Source of the DNA: a phage | Strand: one strand, 5' to 3' | DNA: 64,000 bases | Sequence record: PZ445442.1 | Part shown: positions 55,744 to 63,703 of the stretch, in pieces | Layout of the letters: every line of letters begins with the position of its first letter | How positions within the stretch are numbered: position 1 is the stretch's first letter | Translations under genes and position numbers: made by a program | The notes under the pieces: model-generated | The model's input: the letters and a program-made list of their open reading frames with translations, nothing else | The model's database searches: none | What the model was told of the DNA's origin: nothing

Positions 55744-55770
55744 GCAGGCGGCATATTTGCCGCCTTATTG
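55744..55770 (+). terminator. Rho-independent terminator
   Basis: AGGCGGCA-TATT-TGCCGCCT followed by TATTGTT. Confidence 0.5.
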
Positions 55771-55800
55771 TTAATCAGAACTGTAAAAGAGGTACATAGA

Positions 55801-56172
55801 ATGGAATTTATTATTTTGGCTGTATTTGTTGCCTTGTTCAACGCCTGGATCGCTGGCAAGATGGGTAGATCCGCCTTTTTATGGTTTATTATATCTATTT
55901 TCCTGGGGGTGGTTGCAACTATTGTACTTGTTATCCTTGCAATTGTTGACAAGGGGAATAATAGAAAGGGTAAAGTATTTTCAGACCTGTACGACGCTCA
56001 AACGTTTGTCAACGCCTATTATAGTGATCTTCCAGTCTCCCTACGCTGCAGCCTGGCACAACAAGTTTTCGATGAGGCTAAAACCAGAGATCAAGCCCAT
56101 GAGATATGTTTAACTGAGGCGGATCGCCTATTTGAGAGGAATAGAAAATATGTGGGCCAACCGTTTAAATAA
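55801..56172 (+). CDS. small membrane protein
   Basis: 123 aa from ATG 55801 (RBS AAGAGG); two predicted TM helices in the N-terminal half. Confidence 0.45.
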   Translation: MEFIILAVFVALFNAWIAGKMGRSAFLWFIISIFLGVVATIVLVILAIVDKGNNRKGKVFSDLYDAQTFVNAYYSDLPVSLRCSLAQQVFDEAKTRDQAHEICLTEADRLFERNRKYVGQPFK

Positions 56173-56371
56173 TGCCACATTAATTAATCCCTTTAGTGAA
56201 GATTTGAAGCCAGCCGCCTGGCGTGATGGATTCAATAACGAACGCTTTATTTTCAAGCCTGATCTTGAGGAATTTTATAACAATGGATCGAACAACGACA
56301 GAGATAATTTTTCTTGTGGTGTGCGTAGTGATGGTACTCCTGGGGGCCATTGTAAACCACGTCACTACTAA
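56150..56371 (+). CDS. hypothetical early protein
   Basis: 73 aa from ATG 56150 (RBS GAGAGGAA). Confidence 0.4.
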   Translation: MWANRLNNATLINPFSEDLKPAAWRDGFNNERFIFKPDLEEFYNNGSNNDRDNFSCGVRSDGTPGGHCKPRHY

Positions 56372-56391
56372 CAGGGGGAAAGGGGGAGACG

Positions 56392-56511
56392 ATGACACCC
56401 AAGGATAAGCCCCGCACCGATAAGGCGCGCCGTGTTATGGTATGGCTTGAGATCATCGCCCTTGAAATATTGTTAGGGGTAGGGATGTACTTTATCGCTG
56501 TAAGTAACTAA
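56392..56511 (+). CDS. small hydrophobic peptide (39 aa)
   Basis: MTPKDKPRTDKARRVMVWLEIIALEILLGVGMYFIAVSN; RBS AAGGGGGAG; followed by terminator. Confidence 0.4.
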   Translation: MTPKDKPRTDKARRVMVWLEIIALEILLGVGMYFIAVSN

Positions 56512-56514
56512 GAA

Positions 56515-56545
56515 CGGCCCCCCGATCATGGGGGCCTATCTTTTA
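56515..56545 (+). terminator. Rho-independent terminator
   Basis: GGCCCCC-CGATCAT-GGGGGCC followed by TATCTTTT. Confidence 0.55.
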
Positions 56546-56602
56546 AAAAAATTCTTCCGGGGTGTTGCAATCCGGTCCGGAATGTGGATAATAACAATCA
56601 AC

Positions 56603-56617
56603 GGGGAGCTAATCCCC
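56603..56617 (+). other. 5'-UTR GC stem-loop
   Basis: GGGGA-GCTAA-TCCCC downstream of a TTGCAA...GATAAT promoter-like element, upstream of RBS of 56649. Confidence 0.4.
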
Positions 56618-56648
56618 ACCACCACAAAAACCAGAAAGGAGAAACAAA

Positions 56649-56849
56649 ATGAGCAACAATATCCGCGTTATTAACTTCAAAAAAGAAGAAAAAATTGCCG
56701 TGCTGATTGACGGTCAAGAAATCTTCAAGGGCGACTATGAAGATCATCAAACGGCGATTAGTATCACTCGCGTGATTGGTTACCATAATTTTTACCCCCA
56801 AGGCGCTGAGGCAGCGGTTAAACGAATCAAAGAGATTGTAGGCCTGTAA
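56649..56849 (+). CDS. hypothetical early protein
   Basis: 66-aa ORF, RBS AAAGGAGAAA. Confidence 0.45.
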   Translation: MSNNIRVINFKKEEKIAVLIDGQEIFKGDYEDHQTAISITRVIGYHNFYPQGAEAAVKRIKEIVGL

Positions 56850-56852
56850 AAT

Positions 56853-56897
56853 TTATTTTTAGATGGCCTTGACTCCAGGGCCATCAATAAAGTAAAT
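56853..56897 (+). promoter_or_regulatory. repeated palindrome-containing promoter cassette, copy 3
   Basis: TTATTTTTAGATGGCCTTGACTCCAGGGCCATCAATAAAGTAAAT, two substitutions relative to copies 1-2. Confidence 0.5.
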
Positions 56898-56943
56898 TTA
56901 AACCCTGTTAAAAATACCACGCAGTTAACAAGGAGTGATAGAC

Positions 56944-57243
56944 ATGTTTATCCAGGCTAATAATCTTTATTTCTTTGATGGTCAGATCGTAGACGGCGTG
57001 GAGGTGGAAATCACCGGGTGCCCTAGCGGTCAGGTTATGACTTTTCGGAATAATGCCTTTGATGATTCTCATATCGTTATGAGAATGGAAGTTAGTAAGC
57101 TGGATGACAAGAAAACACTTATCGACTATTCCGTCAAAGATCATCCAGACTACCACATGATCTATGGTGATTTGTGCATTGTTGACCGTGACAAGGTTGG
57201 CGGCATTGTGATCGCTATTGTGAACGATGTTTTCTCAAACTAA
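56944..57243 (+). CDS. hypothetical early protein
   Basis: 99 aa from ATG 56944 (RBS AAGGAG). Confidence 0.45.
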   Translation: MFIQANNLYFFDGQIVDGVEVEITGCPSGQVMTFRNNAFDDSHIVMRMEVSKLDDKKTLIDYSVKDHPDYHMIYGDLCIVDRDKVGGIVIAIVNDVFSN

Positions 57244-57260
57244 TTTCAGCAGGTAATTTT

Positions 57261-57611
57261 ATGAAAGTAAAACTATATTACCTTAATGAGCTTAACCCCC
57301 TTGCCCAGGTCCGCGCCCTGGCTAATACCTTGATTTGTGAGAAATCTGTATATTGTGTTGAGCTTAACGCCATGCGTGAACGTCTCAAAGGTGGTTACTT
57401 TGACATCCATGCTGCAATCAACGGCCTGAATATAGAATTTATCCGCTTACGTAACAGCCGCCAGAATCTGGCAAGAATGGAACAAGATCCGGCCCACCTT
57501 CGTAAGCTGGTTATTGAAAATCATCTGATGTTTAATGCCGATGGTGATTATTACCATTTTCACCGTAAACGCTGGTACCGTAGCGGCAATATAGGAAAGA
57601 ATGCAAAATAA
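57261..57611 (+). CDS. hypothetical early protein
   Basis: 116-aa ORF. Confidence 0.45.
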   Translation: MKVKLYYLNELNPLAQVRALANTLICEKSVYCVELNAMRERLKGGYFDIHAAINGLNIEFIRLRNSRQNLARMEQDPAHLRKLVIENHLMFNADGDYYHFHRKRWYRSGNIGKNAK

Positions 57612-57647
57612 GGCCCCTGGCAGGGCCTGCAGCGATATAATCACATA

Positions 57648-57680
57648 AAGGCTATGCGGTTGCATAGCCTTTATTATTTT
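57648..57680 (+). terminator. Rho-independent terminator
   Basis: AAAGGCTATGC-GGT-TGCATAGCCTTT followed by ATTATTTT. Confidence 0.6.
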
Positions 57681-57820
57681 GGCGTTACAGCGGCCCCCAA
57701 GGCGCTTAAAAAATTTTTAAAGAAGTACTTGCATCAAGTCCTACAATATGGATAATAAAGGGTGTCGGGGGGGGGCGGTGAGGCCTCCAATCATTAACCG
57801 GATAGATAGGAGTTAAAACC

Positions 57821-58105
57821 ATGGCTATTGTTACCGTTGGCGATGTAGTGGAAATGGAAGCAAAATACTTAAAAGCGGGTATGCATATCCTACGCAACGA
57901 TCTTGAACTAGTCCTGACAATGGTTGACTATAACCCAGGGCAAGATTATCCAAGCATCGACTACTTTTTTGAGTATGTTGATGAAGAGTTGAAAGAGGAT
58001 GAGGCCTATTGCGGTGAGTTCTGCAATTTCTTTTGTCCTGATGAGGTTGTAAAGGTTATCTATCAACCTGGCGTACCTTTCCCGCTGCACGCTATCAATA
58101 AATAA
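57821..58105 (+). CDS. hypothetical early protein
   Basis: 94-aa ORF, RBS AGGAG. Confidence 0.45.
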   Translation: MAIVTVGDVVEMEAKYLKAGMHILRNDLELVLTMVDYNPGQDYPSIDYFFEYVDEELKEDEAYCGEFCNFFCPDEVVKVIYQPGVPFPLHAINK

Positions 58106-58168
58106 ACCTGGTGGGGCCGAAAAGGCCCCCTCCTGAAACTATGAAAAAATAAAGAGAGGTAAATCATC

Positions 58169-58402
58169 ATGATGGAACAAATTAAACGCGCTGAGTCTAT
58201 TAATGGCAATGTGATCTATTTTGTCAGCAAAAACGAAAAAGGCGTACCATATGCGGCGGTAATAGTACAACCTGACGGCGATTATTGGTTTACTGTATAC
58301 GGATCTTATTCTTTCGGGCGTCCGGTTCATGATAGAATTTTGAAAGTAGCAAATCCGACCGGGAAAAATATCACAGCAGAAAAATTTTTTGAAAATAGTT
58401 GA
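58169..58402 (+). CDS. hypothetical early protein
   Basis: 77-aa ORF, RBS AAGAGAGG. Confidence 0.45.
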   Translation: MMEQIKRAESINGNVIYFVSKNEKGVPYAAVIVQPDGDYWFTVYGSYSFGRPVHDRILKVANPTGKNITAEKFFENS

Positions 58403-58426
58403 CATGACCATATAAGACTGTAATAT
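58399..58426 (+). promoter_or_regulatory. sigma70-like promoter
   Basis: TTGACA-16nt-TAATAT; followed by stem-loop about 58437-58453. Confidence 0.5.
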
Positions 58427-58478
58427 ATAAATCAAAGGGGGGCAACAAGCCCCACCAACCACAAAGAGGATAAAAATC

Positions 58479-58658
58479 ATGGCTATTATTGCAAAGACTG
58501 AGATCGTAGGCTTAGATTCTATTCTCCTCGCATATGAGGAAGCTATAGAAATGTATGTGGTTTCCTATGGTGAGTATATTCGTGAATATAAATCTATTGA
58601 TCTGGCTTTTGAATGTTATATTCGCCAGGTAAATAAAGCATATGATGATTATCGTTAA
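58479..58658 (+). CDS. small early protein (59 aa)
   Basis: MAIIAKTEIVGLDSILLAYEEAIEMYVVSYGEY...; RBS AAAGAGGA; just below the track cutoff. Confidence 0.4.
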   Translation: MAIIAKTEIVGLDSILLAYEEAIEMYVVSYGEYIREYKSIDLAFECYIRQVNKAYDDYR

Positions 58659-58664
58659 AATAGT

Positions 58665-58692
58665 TTGACAACAATTACAAATCGGGTAGAAT
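58665..58692 (+). promoter_or_regulatory. sigma70-like promoter
   Basis: TTGACA-16nt-TAGAAT; followed by conserved GTATTTCGTAGGGCGG and stem-loop 58705-58720. Confidence 0.5.
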
Positions 58693-58743
58693 GTATTTCG
58701 TAGGGCGGCAATGATGCCGCTCACAACTAAAAGAGAGATCATC

Positions 58744-58938
58744 ATGGCGCTTAAAAAACTAACAAGCAATACTCGTTGGGATGAAATCGACGGGGAAGTT
58801 TACATTTTTGCCCGTAAACCAGGGGATCAAAAATGGTCAAAGGCTTTTACTTGCCATCCTGCAACAATAGATCTGATAAAAAGTCAAGGACTACGTGAAG
58901 CAGTAGCAAGAAGTTTACTGATCCCTTGTAAAAATTAG
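58744..58938 (+). CDS. small early protein
   Basis: 64 aa from ATG 58744 (RBS AAAAGAGAG). Confidence 0.4.
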   Translation: MALKKLTSNTRWDEIDGEVYIFARKPGDQKWSKAFTCHPATIDLIKSQGLREAVARSLLIPCKN

Positions 58939-58939
58939 T

Positions 58940-58967
58940 TTGACAACAGTCAACAATCTGGTAAAGT
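58940..58967 (+). promoter_or_regulatory. sigma70-like promoter
   Basis: TTGACA-16nt-TAAAGT; followed by stem-loop GCGGGAA-TAC-TTCCCGC (58980-58996). Confidence 0.45.
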
Positions 58968-59015
58968 GTACTACATAGCGCGGGAATACTTCCCGCCATT
59001 AATGAGGGTAATTTA

Positions 59016-59153
59016 ATGAAAACTTTCAACGCAACAGCCTCGACAATTGGTTATATTATTACAGTACAAGCCGTGGATCTGGTAGCAGCAGCAAACAAGA
59101 TTAAAAAGATGATTCCGCCAGGTAGTGAATTTTCCGTTTGGGAAGTAAAATAA
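59016..59153 (+). CDS. small early protein (45 aa)
   Basis: MKTFNATASTIGYIITVQAVDLVAAANKIKKMIPPGSEFSVWEVK; RBS-like GAGGG upstream. Confidence 0.35.
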   Translation: MKTFNATASTIGYIITVQAVDLVAAANKIKKMIPPGSEFSVWEVK

Positions 59154-59236
59154 ATCTTGACAATAGTTTATTACTTGATAGACTGTATTTCGTAGGGCGG
59201 GGCAATAAGGCAACGCCCATTAATGAGGGTAGAATC

Positions 59237-59341
59237 ATGTTAGAGAAAATTTTCACGGTTGTAGTAGTTGGCCTGGCATTATCGGTTGGAGTGGTTGCAA
59301 CTATGGCTAACATGATCCTATCTTCCCACGGTATCGGTTAA
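59237..59341 (+). CDS. small hydrophobic peptide (34 aa)
   Basis: MLEKIFTVVVVGLALSVGVVATMANMILSSHGIG: single TM helix; RBS GAGGG; the track's longer ORF spans the promoter. Confidence 0.35.
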   Translation: MLEKIFTVVVVGLALSVGVVATMANMILSSHGIG

Positions 59342-59342
59342 G

Positions 59343-59567
59343 GTGAATCAAATGATCACGAATAAGACAGGTAAAACAGAATTTTTACGCGGCTTGCAAA
59401 TAGGTAAGCCTGAGATCTGGCATTGCACTAAAACACCACGTGACGAAATGAAAGACTTCACCGCCACGCTGCAACGGGTAAAGATATCCATCACGCAGAA
59501 AAAGGCCTTGATAGTGGTGGAAGGTGAGATCCCTCAAACCGTTGTTATAGTTGAGCGTACAGCATAG
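59343..59567 (+). CDS. hypothetical early protein
   Basis: 74-aa ORF. Confidence 0.4.
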   Translation: MNQMITNKTGKTEFLRGLQIGKPEIWHCTKTPRDEMKDFTATLQRVKISITQKKALIVVEGEIPQTVVIVERTA

Positions 59568-59658
59568 TTTAATTTATAGCGATACCTGAAAATTAACCAA
59601 TAAATCATAAACAGGCGGTTACCGCCGCCTTAAACGTAGCAGAAAGAGGCTAGACACA

Positions 59659-59943
59659 ATGAAAAAGATGATCGCAGTAGTTGCCCTGGTTGTTGGACTT
59701 AATGCGCCTGTAATGGCTAAAGAGCTGGCAAAAGAGGTTAATCTAACGGATATCCATGCCGTCAATCAAATCGGGGTTACTTATCGCTTATGCCTTGCCG
59801 CTAAAACTTTTAATGACGGCACAACAGAGTACTACGGATTCGAGGGTATCCGGTGCGGTAAGCTTGCTCGCGACCTTAAGGAAGATCCAGACCTGGAAGA
59901 TCTGCCCATCACCGTAAACGGTAAAGCTTACGTAAACCGTTAA
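59659..59943 (+). CDS. small secreted/periplasmic protein
   Basis: 94 aa with signal peptide MKKMIAVVALVVGLNAPVMA; RBS AAAGAGG. Confidence 0.45.
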   Translation: MKKMIAVVALVVGLNAPVMAKELAKEVNLTDIHAVNQIGVTYRLCLAAKTFNDGTTEYYGFEGIRCGKLARDLKEDPDLEDLPITVNGKAYVNR

Positions 59944-59945
59944 CC

Positions 59946-60080
59946 ATGAGAAAGATAATCATCACCTTGGGGATTGTGGCTGGATCGCTGGCGCTCTTTC
60001 CCCTTATGGTTAGGTATGTGCTGATCAGTATTGTCCTGGTAGTCAGTGATCTATTGGGAACGGTTGGCACCTTGTTTTAA
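59946..60080 (+). CDS. small hydrophobic peptide (44 aa)
   Basis: MRKIIITLGIVAGSLALFPLMVRYVLISIVLVVSDLLGTVGTLF; start 3 nt after upstream stop. Confidence 0.35.
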   Translation: MRKIIITLGIVAGSLALFPLMVRYVLISIVLVVSDLLGTVGTLF

Positions 60081-60092
60081 AGAGCGATAAAA

Positions 60093-60284
60093 ATGAATAT
60101 CGAACAAGTTAGAAAGGTATTGGCGGTACTGCGTTATCATAATCATAGAAAGGTTATAGACGATCCTGATTATGTTGATTCAAGTCTGGAAGGGGATACA
60201 CTGCAAGCCATAAGCAACATGCAAGAATTGCTCAAGCGCATGACAGAGAAAAACCGACCGGACTACATAGGCGAAAAAATATAA
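60093..60284 (+). CDS. hypothetical early protein
   Basis: 63-aa ORF. Confidence 0.4.
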   Translation: MNIEQVRKVLAVLRYHNHRKVIDDPDYVDSSLEGDTLQAISNMQELLKRMTEKNRPDYIGEKI

Positions 60285-60300
60285 TCCTTATAAACTACAA

Positions 60301-60330
60301 AACAGGGCTTGCAATGGTCCTGTTTTTTGT
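60301..60330 (+). terminator. Rho-independent terminator
   Basis: AACAGG...CCTGTT stem followed by TTTTTG. Confidence 0.45.
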
Positions 60331-60343
60331 TATACTTGTTTCA

Positions 60344-60389
60344 CGGCAGGCACCTGGCGACGGGTGGAGACAATCACCGGGCCTGCCTG
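60344..60389. repeat. GC-rich palindromic element (inverted copy)
   Basis: GGCAGGCACCTGGCGACGGGTGGAGACAATCACCGGGCCTGCC; reverse complement matches the 50771 core. Confidence 0.45.
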
Positions 60390-60412
60390 TCATATAAGAA
60401 CTATAAAAACCG

Positions 60413-60441
60413 TTGACATCTGCCAGGTGGTGGGGTAACAT
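60413..60441 (+). promoter_or_regulatory. sigma70-like promoter
   Basis: TTGACA-17nt-TAACAT; followed by stem-loop GGGCA-AAAG-TGCCC (60453-60466). Confidence 0.5.
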
Positions 60442-60495
60442 TTATCTTGAAGGGGCAAAAGTGCCCACACAACAACCAGAAGAGAGGAAAACATT

Positions 60496-60768
60496 ATGTC
60501 AAGCTGGATTAATCAAGAAGTCGAATCACGTTTTAATGCTATTTGGGATCTCATCGAAAAAGAGGACGGAACATCAAGCCCTTATCTCAATAATCTTGAA
60601 TTCCATTTCGTGGAAGCGATGAACGCAGAACATGATCACGAAGGTGGTGCGGATGAGTTCGCTAAAGGGTATGGCTTCAACAATGCCAACGAAATGATCG
60701 AGGCGGTTGTACTCCAGGCTGAGGAAGATTATCAATTAAAAACGCTTGAATTCTGCCGCCGTAAGTAA
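60496..60768 (+). CDS. hypothetical acidic early protein
   Basis: 90-aa ORF, RBS AGAGAGGAAAA. Confidence 0.45.
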   Translation: MSSWINQEVESRFNAIWDLIEKEDGTSSPYLNNLEFHFVEAMNAEHDHEGGADEFAKGYGFNNANEMIEAVVLQAEEDYQLKTLEFCRRK

Positions 60769-60782
60769 TAAGATAATGACAC

Positions 60783-60796
60783 GGGCCAAAAGGCCC
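60783..60796 (+). other. 5'-UTR GC stem-loop
   Basis: GGGCC-AAAA-GGCCC upstream of RBS of 60829 gene. Confidence 0.4.
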
Positions 60797-60828
60797 ACTA
60801 ATCAGAACCACACAAAGAGAGAAAGAAA

Positions 60829-61047
60829 ATGACAACCCGTAAAATTAAAGTTGTTTGCATTGAATCGACTGGGGGCGCTTTTGTAGTTGGTCAGGAATAT
60901 AATGCGGTTTTAATGGGTACGGATTGGAAGGTTAAAGGCCTTAATGGTTACGAGTACGGCACTACTTGCGGCTTGCGTGGTCGAATCGGATACGTGAGTT
61001 TAGACAACAAAGAAAAATTTGTTTTCGACACCGTTGTGAGTAAATAG
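60829..61047 (+). CDS. hypothetical early protein
   Basis: 72-aa ORF, RBS AAAGAGAGAAAG. Confidence 0.45.
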   Translation: MTTRKIKVVCIESTGGAFVVGQEYNAVLMGTDWKVKGLNGYEYGTTCGLRGRIGYVSLDNKEKFVFDTVVSK

Positions 61048-61125
61048 CATGAATTGCTAAAGACTGATCTGCGAACTGCTGTATTATCAACTAATCAAAA
61101 CGAACCGCATAAAGAGGAAAACATC

Positions 61126-61389
61126 ATGAAACGTCTGGATCAGCTTAAATTAGTTCAGTACATGGCCTACAGAATTCTTGAAGTCCAAAAAGGTAGCAAA
61201 AAAGAGGTTTGCGAGAAAGCTTATAAGATCTTTACTCGCAAAAAAGATGACTGGATGCTACGCCAGACCAAAAAATCCGATATCCTGGGGTACCTGGAAG
61301 AAGAGATCCGGCTTGAAGAACAAGAAGAGATCCGCCGCAGTGAGGCAGATTATCAGGCAGCTTGGGAAAACTGGATGAGCAACAAATAA
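61126..61389 (+). CDS. hypothetical early protein
   Basis: 87 aa from ATG 61126 (RBS AAAGAGGAAAA). Confidence 0.45.
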   Translation: MKRLDQLKLVQYMAYRILEVQKGSKKEVCEKAYKIFTRKKDDWMLRQTKKSDILGYLEEEIRLEEQEEIRRSEADYQAAWENWMSNK

Positions 61390-61533
61390 TACAACAAGTT
61401 ACGGTCAGGGGGGTAATAAAGCCCCTTGATCACATAAAAATTATGCTATCCCTGGTTGACAGGGATCGGCAGTTTTGCTATATTCTTTTTTGAAGGGGAG
61501 TTGTAAGAAAATTAACTAAGAGGTAAAAACACC

Positions 61534-61953
61534 ATGAACATTAAATCTAATAATCCGGCATATAGCTTTGATAACGCTTTTTGTCACGGTCCGGCGGCGA
61601 AAGGATTCGAAATCGATGGTAAACTAATTATTGTCAATGTTGACGGGGAAGAGGTTGCAGTATATCCGGTGGCAGACGTTAAAAGCCGTCTACAATGCCG
61701 CATGGATGTTACCGCCTATCAGCTTGATCCGGTCCGCATAGTTGCCCTGGTCCTGGAAGAAGAAATTAAAGCCATGCACCATAGCAACAGATTTATTGGT
61801 GACGCGCAGGATAATATGAAAGTATGCCGCCATAAAGTTAATGAAGTGCTTAAAGAGTACGGCTATAAAGATCTTATGATCAAACGCGAGGAAAAATTCC
61901 GCTACCGTAACGACCTGGCAAATCGGATTTTTGAAATATACGAATCATTATAA
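61534..61953 (+). CDS. hypothetical early protein
   Basis: 139-aa ORF, RBS AAGAGG; TTGACA-17-TATATT promoter at about 61449-61477. Confidence 0.5.
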   Translation: MNIKSNNPAYSFDNAFCHGPAAKGFEIDGKLIIVNVDGEEVAVYPVADVKSRLQCRMDVTAYQLDPVRIVALVLEEEIKAMHHSNRFIGDAQDNMKVCRHKVNEVLKEYGYKDLMIKREEKFRYRNDLANRIFEIYESL

Positions 61954-61971
61954 TTTTTTAACTGAATTATC

Positions 61972-61996
61972 AAGGGGCTTAGGCCCCTTTCTTTTT
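61972..61996 (+). terminator. Rho-independent terminator
   Basis: AAGGGGC-TTAG-GCCCCTT followed by TCTTTTT; last clear signal before the non-coding repeat region. Confidence 0.65.
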
Positions 61997-62599
61997 GTCT
62001 GCTCTTCCCCCTACCATAAACGGCCCTACCTGGCAAGTGGAATAATTGACGAGCCATCAATCCCACACACTGTACAAACATACATATAAAATAACTATTG
62101 CATAATTTTTCATTGTGTGGTAGCAGGGCCATTTTTACACATTTTTCCTTCCAAAATTGCACGTAATGCAGCATTTGCACAAAATTTAACCTGATGCATA
62201 TATTCAATAGCTTGTCAACAACTAAAAATCTTTATAAGTCATACACTTACATAACTACAAAAGCGTTTTCTACGTGAAAAATCGAGTATAACTATAGCCG
62301 CCAGATCTCAGAATTTACGTACGCTCGCCATTCTATAGCCTGCTAAGCATTTATTCCAACCATAGAATAACGGAATAGTCAATACCTGCATAAAATAATT
62401 ATTCGTGTAAACTGCATAACATAAATCGGCCCAGGTGTCAACATTTTTCGTAAACAGTCTGGAATTGTCACGTTAGGTTACCATAAGCAGAGAAATCTTT
62501 AGTCGTCTAATGTTTACTGTACGTTACTATATTAACTGAAATCATTAGATGACTAATAGAAAGATAAGAAATAATTAACAATACAATTATTTTATCTGT

Positions 62600-62835
62600 A
62601 ACAATAAGGCAACTATGCAAACGAATGGCATGGCGCGACGGAGTCGCGACATAATATAAAAGCAGTAACCATCACCCCCGTGATAGTTTGTCTGCAAACT
62701 ATTAATCAGATCATAGTTGCCTTGTATTTAGTTAATCATGACATAACAAGCAAGGCAACTATAGATCTTCTAATAGTTGCCCTGCTTTTATATTATGTCA
62801 TAAATTATTAACATGCAAACGAATGGCATGGCTTA
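62600..62835. repeat. cluster of direct and inverted repeats in AT-rich non-coding DNA
   Basis: GGCAACTAT/ATAGTTGCC four times in alternating orientation (about 62608, 62713, 62754, 62774); 20-bp direct repeat ATGCAAACGAATGGCATGGC at about 62615 and 62812; 18-bp inverted repeat GACATAATATAAAAGCAG at about 62648 and 62782. Confidence 0.5.
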
Positions 62836-63542
62836 TAATTTTTGAGAAAATAGTCTATACGTGAACAGTAAGGCATGCAATAGTAACAATTGTTATTGTA
62901 TCCAGTGTGTTGAGTATGCCCAGTATGTCACCATTGTGTCCAGTATGTCAGACAAGTTTTCCTCCTCTTTGTCAAGTGCTGCATGAAAAATTTACAAACT
63001 GGTATGGTAGCATTTTTGCGGCCCTGTTTACATTCAGTAATGTATGTATAATCCTTGTTGTGTGGGCGTTTAGACGTCTAGACGGTTGGAAGTCTACAGG
63101 TCAATATCTAATCTATTGGCTGCTAACTATATCCCACACAAATAGTAAGAAATATGATTGTTATATGCGTAAACTGTAACTCATGTTATCAATCCCTGTA
63201 TGTATCACCAGTGGTGCGCATAATGGGTATTATGTTAAATTGCCCGTAATGATAACTATTCTCACAATGATAGGTATTCTCATTCACCCCAACAAAATAG
63301 GTTGCAAATGTTGTGCCACTGTGTGAACGGCCTCACCTATTAATTTGCCTCACTGCCTCGATATTTGAGAATTATTATAAAAATGAGAAGTATTCCCATT
63401 CCGTCCGCCTGGCAGCACTCCAGTCGCTACGGCTCCTGACAGGGCAGCACTCCTGTAGGTCAGGTCAAAATCGGGGTAGAACTGGACCTGTTCAGATATT
63501 TCTGGCTGACTCTTCAGGTCTGTGTGGGAAAAGCCAACCTCT

Positions 63543-63703
63543 CCGGCGGGGCAGGGGAGGTAAATTAAAAAATTTACGTGGTGTATGAAGAGCCCTTCAG
63601 GTAAGGCATGTATTATAGGATGAAACCCTCTTCAGGCATGATATTTGTGGGTGTGATATTTGCTGGAAAGCCAGATATGACGGGACTCCCGGCGGGGCAG
63701 GGG
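63543..63703. repeat. direct repeats CCGGCGGGGCAGGGG about 145 bp apart
   Basis: CTCCGGCGGGGCAGGGGAGG at about 63541 and ACTCCCGGCGGGGCAGGGGTAG at about 63686, with CTTCAGG.ATG repeats between. Confidence 0.4.

Noticed and set aside
52064-60796. Short GC hairpins as DNA-hairpin promoters for a virion RNA polymerase
   Set aside because: Each hairpin lies downstream of a good sigma70-type -35/-10 pair and no phage RNA polymerase is encoded in the window, so an RNA-level 5'-UTR element is the more economical explanation. Not excluded.
62907-63588. Two ORFs (62907..63179 and 63313..63588) in the terminal AT-rich region
   Set aside because: No RBS, low-complexity products and overlap with direct repeats; the region looks non-coding.
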